A DNA stretch of 35,922 nucleotides from a virus (lineage: Duplodnaviria > Caudoviricetes). Position numbers and translations under genes: made by a program. The DNA lies in the IMG/VR virus record IMGVR_UViG_3300005805_000235, positions 1 through 35,922 of that record; one strand, 5' to 3'. Within the stretch, counting starts at the first letter, position 1. The number at the start of each line of letters is the position of its first letter. The notes under the pieces were generated by a model that searched no databases, was not told the origin of the DNA, and saw only the letters and a list, made by a program, of their open reading frames with translations. Shown here piece by piece: positions 28,893 to 35,707 of the stretch.

Positions 28893-30896
28893 TTATTTGT
28901 AGATTCCTATATAAATATCATCATTAGCATTCTCTGTAAACCAGTTTGGACCCTTATACATTTGACCATTATTTTTTACTGATAATGAAGCATCTGTTCC
29001 TATTATTTCATAAGATATTGGAGCTATAGATCTGCTAATTTGTCTTGCTATCATATTTGCTATTAACAATGCGCTATATCGGTCTTTTCTAAGCTTGCCC
29101 TTTTTGCCATTAGGAAGTTTAATGTCTGGAGTATCCCATCTGTCTCTGGCTCCTGATCCTGTGCTAGTTTGGGTCATCACTATTGTTGTTAATTCATTTT
29201 TAAGTTCTTCTATTTCTAATACGCATTCACTAATGCTATCATAGATGGGTGTTAAATCTGCTGTTTTAATATCCCTGTTTTCCTGATCTAAAGCTAATAC
29301 TAAACTAATTTCATCAAAACGAGGTAATAATAATACTTTATCTTCTAAATCTTTGCGTAATCCATGATTAGCTTGGCTGGTCCAATCTGCTCTAGCAAAT
29401 TGCACTAATTCTAAAATGTGTAAACCTTGTTGATCATCTGTATCTTTGGGCTTATCTTCTATTACTGGCCAAATTAAAATTTCTCCATCTTCTAATTTAT
29501 CAGGATCGTGCAAAGCTTCTTCTATGGCTATACCACCACCCTGAGCATCCATTCCTATTCGTTCACAAGGAAATACTTTCATGAGATTTCTAATTTTTCT
29601 AGCACAAAACGCATAAAAATCATGTTCAGATACTAATCCTGCATTTTGTCTTTCTTTAAAATTAGTACGATTGGTTGTCCAACAATATACTATTCTGCTA
29701 TGATTAGGATGCACTTCCAAAACAACAATACTAAAATTATCTTTTTCACTAGCCGGATCCACACCATAAACATACTTATATTTAGGGTCTCCGCTAATTT
29801 TAGGATCAAAAATAATTTTTTCATTATTAATTAATATTGGATTATTATCTTTAGTAACACAACTTTCAATTAAGCTACGTTTAAAAAAACCATCGCTATC
29901 TTCTGTAAAACAAGCAGCATATTCCATATTATATATGCCAGTATGAATAGTGGCCTTGGCTCGTGCAACTTGTTTATCATCCATAAATCCTTTTGGGATT
30001 AGTTCATATGGTATGCGAATAATACTATAGTCTTTCCAATTAAAATTCTCTGGAACTTCGCTTTTAAAAATTTCTTCTAATTTATGTTTTTCTCCTTTAC
30101 TTTCTATAATAGTTTTATATCTTTTCCAATAACTAGCAAAATGTTTAAATGCATAATCGGCAGTTCCAGCAATAATCGCCTGATTACCCATACTAAAACT
30201 TAATTGTTCTAGGTCTTCGTTCCATAGACCAGCATCCTTCATGGCTTGTTTTTTAGCTTCTTTTTTAACATTTTGGATTGGTGTTGCTGATACCGCAGCG
30301 AAGCCGGATACTACGGTTTCATATATATCAGGACTAATACTAGCAAATTCGTCTGCTATAATAATATGAGCACGCAAACCTCTGATCTTACTTCCATCAC
30401 CCATAGGAATAGCAATTGTCCAACTATCTCCAAATCTCATAGTGCATCTATCAACATCTCTACGAGGACCATCGTCATTTCCATTAAAAATGCTACGAAG
30501 AATAGCGCTATTTCTCCATAGAGTTTCCATGTATTCGAAAACTAATTTGCTTTGTCTAAAAGCGGCACCAACAACAACAATCTTAGTTCCTGGAACCAAA
30601 ATGCATTTTAATGTACAATATAAGGCCATCAAAAAACTTTTACCAAAACCACGACTAGCAATGAACATAGGAAATGCTCTAATCCAAAATTCTTGTAGAA
30701 TTACAATCTGAATAGGGTGTAGCTCAATATCAAATAATAATTTACATGTTGATCCAAAGTTATCTGGATTTTTTAAAAGTTTTAATAAATGAGCATCTGG
30801 AAATTCTATATCTTTCTTGCTCCTATGTATCATAGGATTATTAGCAATATTTATTTTAGATAATTCTCCAAGATTCAGCCAAGCATCTTCGTACAT
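28893..30896 (-). CDS. terL: Terminase large subunit (667 aa)
   Basis: Walker A IASRGFGKS, IRGLRA, Walker B IIIADEF, RNase H-like nuclease YGVDPASEKD ... KDRYSAL. Confidence 0.95.
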   Translation of the reverse strand: MYEDAWLNLGELSKINIANNPMIHRSKKDIEFPDAHLLKLLKNPDNFGSTCKLLFDIELHPIQIVILQEFWIRAFPMFIASRGFGKSFLMALYCTLKCILVPGTKIVVVGAAFRQSKLVFEYMETLWRNSAILRSIFNGNDDGPRRDVDRCTMRFGDSWTIAIPMGDGSKIRGLRAHIIIADEFASISPDIYETVVSGFAAVSATPIQNVKKEAKKQAMKDAGLWNEDLEQLSFSMGNQAIIAGTADYAFKHFASYWKRYKTIIESKGEKHKLEEIFKSEVPENFNWKDYSIIRIPYELIPKGFMDDKQVARAKATIHTGIYNMEYAACFTEDSDGFFKRSLIESCVTKDNNPILINNEKIIFDPKISGDPKYKYVYGVDPASEKDNFSIVVLEVHPNHSRIVYCWTTNRTNFKERQNAGLVSEHDFYAFCARKIRNLMKVFPCERIGMDAQGGGIAIEEALHDPDKLEDGEILIWPVIEDKPKDTDDQQGLHILELVQFARADWTSQANHGLRKDLEDKVLLLPRFDEISLVLALDQENRDIKTADLTPIYDSISECVLEIEELKNELTTIVMTQTSTGSGARDRWDTPDIKLPNGKKGKLRKDRYSALLIANMIARQISRSIAPISYEIIGTDASLSVKNNGQMYKGPNWFTENANDDIYIGIYK

Positions 30897-31367
30897 TTAT
30901 AGTTCCTTATTTGTTTCTATTTTATGAATTTTTTTAAGGATAGATAAGGCCATTTTTTCAGCATTATCAGAATCTCCACAAAAGATTATATTAATATTGT
31001 GTTCTATTTGTAGCTCTAATAAATGTTTAATAATAAAATTTGGAGTTATTCTTATTTTATTCCATAGTTTTTTAGGAATAGTGGATCCAACAGGATATTG
31101 CATAACGCTTTGTAGATTAAATTCTAATAATATAAAAGGGTATTTAGTTTTACTTAATCTATCTATAACATCATCAAAACGATTTTCTGTAATATTATGA
31201 GCTATCTCTGCTACGTTACGTTTTCTTTCTATAGCAATAATGTTTTCTAGTCCTTGTATACTATAATCACCAGTATCTAGCTTGTGATGAGCTGTAGAAT
31301 AATTCTCAAAAACCCACGGCTTTTGTTCTCTGGTATCTACAACTATAGTAAAAGTATTATCTCGCAT
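30897..31367 (-). CDS. ERCC4/XPF-family nuclease (156 aa)
   Basis: VDTREQ ... LDTGDY ... IERKR signature of ERCC4 domains. Confidence 0.88.
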   Translation of the reverse strand: MRDNTFTIVVDTREQKPWVFENYSTAHHKLDTGDYSIQGLENIIAIERKRNVAEIAHNITENRFDDVIDRLSKTKYPFILLEFNLQSVMQYPVGSTIPKKLWNKIRITPNFIIKHLLELQIEHNINIIFCGDSDNAEKMALSILKKIHKIETNKEL

Positions 31368-31373
31368 ATTTAC

Positions 31374-31631
31374 CTATTTTTTAATTAAACTAGCAAATAG
31401 TGATATATAGGCATCTTCATTATTTTTAATCAAATCATGATGAATTTTACATAAACATATACCATTATTAATATCATATCTTAAAGATGGATAATTACTC
31501 CATTTCATAATATGGTGAACATGTATTTTCTTTTTACTTTTACAGTGTGGCCATTTGCAAACGCTATCGTCTCTTTTTCTAACAGCAACTCTCCATTGTT
31601 TATATAGTGGATCATTATAGTCTCTATTCAT
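31374..31631 (-). CDS. HNH endonuclease (85 aa)
   Basis: WR..VRKRD...CKWPHC...HVHHI...NNGICLCKIHH. Confidence 0.88.
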   Translation of the reverse strand: MNRDYNDPLYKQWRVAVRKRDDSVCKWPHCKSKKKIHVHHIMKWSNYPSLRYDINNGICLCKIHHDLIKNNEDAYISLFASLIKK

Positions 31632-32448
31632 TTTTATTAAGCATAACTTCTGGTGTTAATATAGGAATGTCTACATTACCATCTTGATAACTATGATATT
31701 GTTGTAATTGTTCTCTTGCTTTATCCGTGGCCATATTAAGAATAACCATTTCTCTTCCTTCTTTTTCTCTAATTTCTTCGTCTTCTAACATACGTATTAA
31801 TCCCACCCAACTACTTTTACCATCTTCTATTCGTTTGATTCTTTGCTCTCTTGTGGCTTTAAGATCTTTGCTTATCTTTTGTTGTTCAGTAAGAAGCTTG
31901 GTATACTCATTGGTGTAACTTGCTATACTATTTCGCGCAAAAGTTAATTGAGTTTCTAAATTAGCCAATTTTGGAATATCTCTCTGGTCTTCTGGTTTAC
32001 TATAAATATCATTAATAACCGCTTGAAGTTTTTCAGTTTCTTCTATATGTCGCTTACGTTCTTTCATGCTTCTATTAATAAGAATATCAATAGTAATAAA
32101 TTGTTTAATTTGAAGTTCTTCAGCTGGCAAAACGTCTTCTCTAAATTGCTTGATAAGATTTATCCAAATTTCTTCAAAATAATCTAATTCACCACTGTGC
32201 TCATCAAATTGCTTAGTAATTTCGTGCCAAAAACTTTTGCTATGTAATTTGGTGCGTAAAGTTTCATCAGTATCATCATGAGATAATAATAATTTTTGTT
32301 CTGTTATGTATCTCTTAATTGGTGCAGATGATCTGTTAAGATTTTCAGCAATTTGGTCAATAGTTAATAAAGATACATTGTCTCTGATAAATTTTTCTTC
32401 GTCTAAACTAAGCTGTCCGCGTTTTTTAGGTGAATTAGGTGATTTCAT
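31624..32448 (-). CDS. Probable terminase small subunit (N-terminal HTH plus coiled coil, 274 aa)
   Basis: HTH-like LTIDQIAENLNRSSAPIKRYI, long helical body, upstream of terL. Confidence 0.5.
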   Translation of the reverse strand: MKSPNSPKKRGQLSLDEEKFIRDNVSLLTIDQIAENLNRSSAPIKRYITEQKLLLSHDDTDETLRTKLHSKSFWHEITKQFDEHSGELDYFEEIWINLIKQFREDVLPAEELQIKQFITIDILINRSMKERKRHIEETEKLQAVINDIYSKPEDQRDIPKLANLETQLTFARNSIASYTNEYTKLLTEQQKISKDLKATREQRIKRIEDGKSSWVGLIRMLEDEEIREKEGREMVILNMATDKAREQLQQYHSYQDGNVDIPILTPEVMLNKNE

Positions 32449-33082
32449 GATCTTTTAATATTTTATGAATTTCGTTAATAAGTTTTTTAAGGTCACTCTT
32501 TATAACTTTACTACCACCTATCATTTTTAAAAAAATAGGGCGATTTTTAATACTAATATTTTTATCAATAATATTAATTATTTCTTTATTAGATAAGTTA
32601 TTTAAAAAATTATCTTGAGATAGTTCTGATGCGTTTTCAGCAATAACATCAATACCTATTGGTCTCATAATATTTTTTTTATTATCATTTCTTTTAGCCC
32701 AACTAAAATATAATGAGCAATCATTTTTATTCTCAAATTCTGTACAAACTTTATTTTTAGTATCAAATAATGGACATGTTAAACAAGGCTTGTCTGGTCT
32801 TTGATAGTTGTCTCTTTTGTAATTAAAGAGACGATTTCTAACATGAATCCACAGAAAATTTTCTAATGGGCGACTGTTATCATAATTTTTAAGTCCTTCC
32901 AGAGCAAATATTGCTGCTTGTTGTTTCATATCTTCGTGACTATGATATCCAAATTTAAATTTATATCCTAATTTTTTACTAATTTTTTCCCAAACAGATA
33001 TAAAATCTTCTTCTTTAATATTATGTGGTAGATTCTGTGGAGTTATCTTTGGCTTTTTGGTTTTGTTTATTTTTTTCTTCAT
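32435..33082 (-). CDS. Sigma70-family region-2-like protein with a four-Cys insert (215 aa)
   Basis: EDMKQQAAIFALEGLKNYDNSRPLENFLWIHVRNRLFNYKRD resembles sigma region 2.2-2.4; followed by CLTC-x9-C-x8-C. Confidence 0.7.
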   Translation of the reverse strand: MKKKINKTKKPKITPQNLPHNIKEEDFISVWEKISKKLGYKFKFGYHSHEDMKQQAAIFALEGLKNYDNSRPLENFLWIHVRNRLFNYKRDNYQRPDKPCLTCPLFDTKNKVCTEFENKNDCSLYFSWAKRNDNKKNIMRPIGIDVIAENASELSQDNFLNNLSNKEIINIIDKNISIKNRPIFLKMIGGSKVIKSDLKKLINEIHKILKDHEIT

Positions 33083-33203
33083 TTAATATTTCCTGTAAGT
33101 TTTTATCACACTCTTGTGTTAGTTCATACTCACTAACAATATTTTCACAAGCTACTGTTTTTAGTGTGGATGAAGTTAAATTATTAATTTGTTCATTTTT
33201 CAT
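33021..33203 (-). CDS. Hypothetical small acidic protein (60 aa)
   Basis: AAGGT upstream of ATG; GTGTAT motif about 50 nt upstream; overlaps the next gene by 62 nt. Confidence 0.45.
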   Translation of the reverse strand: MKNEQINNLTSSTLKTVACENIVSEYELTQECDKNLQEILNEEKNKQNQKAKDNSTESTT

Positions 33204-33212
33204 ATTTGTACC

Positions 33213-33240
33213 TTGACCAGAATTTTGTTCTATTTATACT
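33213..33240 (+). promoter_or_regulatory. Sigma70-like promoter for 33286..33498
   Basis: TTGACC-16 nt-TATACT. Confidence 0.5.
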
Positions 33241-33254
33241 ATTATAGTAGGATA

Positions 33255-33260
33255 ATACAC
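33255..33260 (-). promoter_or_regulatory. Putative late promoter motif GTGTAT at the head of the minus-strand operon
   Basis: CGTGTATTATCCTACTATAAT about 50 nt upstream of the first minus-strand ORF. Confidence 0.45.
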
Positions 33261-33285
33261 GTTTCGCAAACAAAGGAGCTTATTA

Positions 33286-33498
33286 ATGTCAAAAACATAT
33301 AAAAAATGGTCAAAAGAAGAGCTTGAATTTATTATTAATAATTCGTCATCTATGAAGGACGATGAAATCGTGTCGTACCTAAACAAAACGGATAGTACTC
33401 GATCTATCACTATTGGAATGGTTCGTAGACAACGAAGAAAACTTAATATTGTGAAACCAAGAGGACGTAAGCCATCTGTGAAAACTGTTGAGCAGTAA
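33286..33498 (+). CDS. Small Myb/HTH-like DNA-binding protein (70 aa)
   Basis: AAGGAG RBS; KKWSKEELEFI...DDEIV..L...RSITIGMVRRQRRKL; AT-hook-like PRGRKP tail; own terminator. Confidence 0.75.
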   Translation: MSKTYKKWSKEELEFIINNSSSMKDDEIVSYLNKTDSTRSITIGMVRRQRRKLNIVKPRGRKPSVKTVEQ

Positions 33499-33524
33499 GG
33501 TTTGTCAATTATAAATAAAGTGAG

Positions 33525-33563
33525 AAAGAGCGGTAATGTAAAAGTTATCGCTTTTTTTCTTTT
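33525..33563 (+). terminator. Rho-independent terminator
   Basis: AGCGGTAAT-GTAAAA-GTTATCGCT followed by TTTTTTCTTTT. Confidence 0.75.
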
Positions 33564-33690
33564 ATGGGGTAAAATTTATCGATTATAATAAATAAAGGGG
33601 TTGTATTCATAAGTGGAACTATTAACAAAAATGCGTCTTTAAAGATTTATATAAATAATAGATTCATTGCATATTCAAAAACTAGTTATA

Positions 33691-33798
33691 ATGCTACTGC
33701 TAATAGTTATAGTTTCAGTGGTATTTTGGGGCGACAATTCTTTGTTAGAGGATGGAATGTGGTATCTATCAGAAATCCTATTACGGAGTATCTATTAG
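33691..33798 (+). CDS. Possible 35-aa membrane peptide
   Basis: MLLLIVIVSVVFWGDNSLLEDGMWYLSEILLRSIY; hydrophobic N-terminus, but no clear RBS. Confidence 0.3.
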   Translation: MLLLIVIVSVVFWGDNSLLEDGMWYLSEILLRSIY

Positions 33799-33956
33799 AT
33801 TACAAGTTTGTTAGAAAAATTATATAAATATGGCTATTAAACTGGCCAATTATATATGGGTTGCTTACTATGTTTGTACCACCGCCCCATTTTTGGGGTA
33901 AAACCCCTCTATGGTGGGGAAAACAAAAAAACCCCCCATAGGTGGGGAACAGCCGC

Positions 33957-33972
33957 AGCAAAAATCGTGCCA
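33957..33972 (-). promoter_or_regulatory. Sigma54 (RpoN) -24/-12 element
   Basis: Minus strand TGGCACGATTTTTGCT, an exact match to TGGCACG-N4-TTGCW. Confidence 0.75.
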
Positions 33973-34025
33973 AAAAAATCGAGCGGCGAAACTTTCTCCA
34001 ATGGCAATTTTTCTATTTCTTTTTG

Positions 34026-34053
34026 TTGACAATGCCGATATCCATGATATAAC
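34026..34053 (+). promoter_or_regulatory. Sigma70-like early promoter P1
   Basis: TTGACA-ATGCCGATATCCATGA-TATAAC (16 nt spacer, extended TG), with a T-rich UP-like tract upstream. Confidence 0.75.
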
Positions 34054-34075
34054 AATGGAAACGGAGAAAATGACA

Positions 34076-34186
34076 ATGATTTTGCTCGAAATTAGGATTC
34101 TTGAATCCTTGATTGGTATGTTGCGGCGAAATAATTTGGATGCGGCAAAATGGAGAATATTTACCGATACGCTGGAAAATATCTAA
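34076..34186 (+). CDS. Small hypothetical early protein (36 aa)
   Basis: GGAG at 34063-34066, ATG at 34076 (alternative 34070); directly behind P1. Confidence 0.45.
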   Translation: MILLEIRILESLIGMLRRNNLDAAKWRIFTDTLENI

Positions 34187-34195
34187 TTTTTTTTC

Positions 34196-34223
34196 TGGAC
34201 AAGCCGATCATATAATGTATAAT
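34196..34223 (+). promoter_or_regulatory. Sigma70-like early promoter P2
   Basis: TGGACA-AGCCGATCATATAATG-TATAAT, preceded by a T-tract. Confidence 0.7.
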
Positions 34224-34265
34224 CGTGGCATGATGATAACGAAAACCCAAATGGAGAAAATGAAA

Positions 34266-34496
34266 ATGACTACTACGATCCAGCCCGTTTCAGGAATGTA
34301 TATCAAGGCCGTTCGGAATGATGGTAGGATTTTTGAGGGCCAGGTAGAAAATGTCCGCGAAACCTACAAAGGTACGTTGGTAGTAATCAAGAGTCACGCG
34401 AATTATGCCGGAGCATATCGTGGTGAAGTGAATTATGGTTCAGTCTATCTCGAAAATTGTTCGACTGTGACGCTGGACGACTTCCCCCTCTCGTGA
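34266..34496 (+). CDS. Small beta-barrel-like (SH3/Sm-like) early protein, RNDGRIF family copy 1 (76 aa)
   Basis: GGAG at 34253-34256; start moved downstream of P2 (alternative 34260); paralog of 34961..35176. Confidence 0.7.
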   Translation: MTTTIQPVSGMYIKAVRNDGRIFEGQVENVRETYKGTLVVIKSHANYAGAYRGEVNYGSVYLENCSTVTLDDFPLS

Positions 34497-34540
34497 GGGG
34501 TAGACCGGCGACAATGGTACTTTGAAAAAAGGGGAAAATC

Positions 34541-34738
34541 ATGGTATGGTATCCTGAAATGATGGTAGCGGTTCCGGTGAACAAATGGATAGGCGAATGG
34601 ATTCGTAGGGGGTCGCACCCCTCATATAGGGGGGAGTTGGCTTCTCAACTTCGTTTGATTCGCAAGAGGCATGGAACCCCCCATGCGAGGGGGTGGGTTA
34701 GACATCTAGACTACTTGGGGGCATACCCCCTTAAATAG
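34541..34738 (+). CDS. Small basic hypothetical protein (65 aa)
   Basis: GGGGA RBS-like sequence; Arg/Trp-rich; three CCCC-N8-GGGG palindromes lie in or overlap it. Confidence 0.5.
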   Translation: MVWYPEMMVAVPVNKWIGEWIRRGSHPSYRGELASQLRLIRKRHGTPHARGWVRHLDYLGAYPLK

Positions 34739-34768
34739 GGGGTTTATACCTCTATACCTCTAAAGAGG

Positions 34769-34882
34769 GGAGACTGCCAAAATGGCAGGCCGGGCCGCCA
34801 AACTGCCAAAATGGCAGGAGCAGCAAATGTTGTGCCAAAACCTCTGCCAAATTGGCATAGCAAATCTCATGCCACAAAAAAT
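34769..34882. repeat. Regulatory module copy A: three CTGCCA-N3-TGGCA(G) palindromes and two minus-strand sigma54 elements
   Basis: Palindromes at 34774-34788, 34803-34817 and 34844-34858; TGGCACAACATTTGCT at 34822-34837 and TGGCATGAGATTTGCT at 34859-34874. Confidence 0.9.
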
Positions 34883-34906
34883 CTTTTTTATTCTTATTTT
34901 TTTTTC

Positions 34907-34934
34907 TTGCATTGACGATATTCTAAGGTATAAC
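34907..34934 (+). promoter_or_regulatory. Sigma70-like early promoter P3
   Basis: TTGCAT-TGACGATATTCTAAGG-TATAAC, preceded by long T-tracts. Confidence 0.6.
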
Positions 34935-34960
34935 CAAAGCATAAGAAAGAGAGAAAGAAA

Positions 34961-35176
34961 ATGGAAATGCGAAATGGTGCTGTATTTCCCGGTCGTTCGA
35001 TTCGTGCTATGCGAAATGATGGTAGGATTTTTGTTGGTAAGATTGTAAAGGTTGCGGCCTATCTTACTACTGATAAGGTAAAGAGGCCGGGAGATACTAT
35101 GGTAGTAGTTCAAAACGGCAATAATCATCGTTCAATTTATCTTGGAGATTTGACCGATTGGTATGTATCAGAATAG
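34961..35176 (+). CDS. Small beta-barrel-like early protein, RNDGRIF family copy 2 (71 aa)
   Basis: IRAMRNDGRIFVG...TMVVVQ...SIYL matches 34266..34496; directly behind P3. Confidence 0.75.
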   Translation: MEMRNGAVFPGRSIRAMRNDGRIFVGKIVKVAAYLTTDKVKRPGDTMVVVQNGNNHRSIYLGDLTDWYVSE

Positions 35177-35198
35177 TAATACAGAAAGGTAATATACT

Positions 35199-35330
35199 AT
35201 GAGCGAGTTTGAGCGTATTATCAACGACACTATGCAAGCCTTTGCAGACTATAATAATTTCGACCATAATAATGGTATGGAATTAGAGGAGATCGACGAC
35301 GTTCAGGTTAATTTGGAGAATGTAACATGA
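35199..35330 (+). CDS. Small highly acidic protein (43 aa)
   Basis: AAAGGT RBS; MSEFERIINDTMQAFADYNNFDHNNGMELEEIDDVQVNLENVT; ATGA-coupled to the next ORF. Below the ORF-track cutoff. Confidence 0.65.
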   Translation: MSEFERIINDTMQAFADYNNFDHNNGMELEEIDDVQVNLENVT

Positions 35331-35461
35331 TATACTGGAATGTAACAAATAATAGTAAGGATCGGTATAGCGTGTGGATGAATGGTAAAGTTATTGCGGA
35401 ATATCTTACATTCGACGATTGTTACAATCTTGTTATGCAAATGAAGGGATATAGCAAATGA
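35327..35461 (+). CDS. Small hypothetical protein (44 aa)
   Basis: GGAG RBS; MIYWNVTNNSKDRYSVWMNGKVIAEYLTFDDCYNLVMQMKGYSK; ATGA overlaps at both ends. Confidence 0.65.
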   Translation: MIYWNVTNNSKDRYSVWMNGKVIAEYLTFDDCYNLVMQMKGYSK

Positions 35462-35685
35462 GCACGGTACACGGTATGGTTGTTGATAATAAAACTCCCG
35501 TTTATAACTATAACTGGCTTTGCCAGAAAATGCAGAATCGTGAACGTGTTTGTATTCGTTATAATCTTGGACAGATTTACGGTATCATAAATGGTATACG
35601 GCCCGAAGATGGTAGCGGCCGACACTGGCTTGTTACTATTTATGACAATGGTAATAGTAGTGAGATTTATGTAAGAGCAGAGTAA
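35458..35685 (+). CDS. Small hypothetical beta-rich protein (75 aa)
   Basis: AAGGGA RBS, ATGA overlap; ends just before repeat module B. Confidence 0.7.
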   Translation: MSTVHGMVVDNKTPVYNYNWLCQKMQNRERVCIRYNLGQIYGIINGIRPEDGSGRHWLVTIYDNGNSSEIYVRAE

Positions 35686-35707
35686 TATTACTGTAACAAT
35701 GCCGCAA

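Noticed and set aside
28893-30896. Intein or intron in the large terminase
   Set aside because: Motifs are contiguous, the length is normal, and there are no intein splice motifs or frame breaks.
33911-34265. Long N-terminal versions of ORFs 33911..34186 and 34113..34496
   Set aside because: They run through promoters P1 and P2; GGAG-supported starts at 34076 and 34266 fit better.
34604-34770. G-quadruplex from clustered G-tracts
   Set aside because: Loops are long and most G-tracts have a complementary C-tract nearby; the fixed-spacing palindrome explains the pattern better.
34760-35128. Track ORFs 34760..35128(-), 34782..35048(+), 35422..35748(-), 35688..35900(-), 34387..34584(-)
   Set aside because: They translate the palindromic modules or are antisense to genes that have RBSs and promoters; no RBS support.
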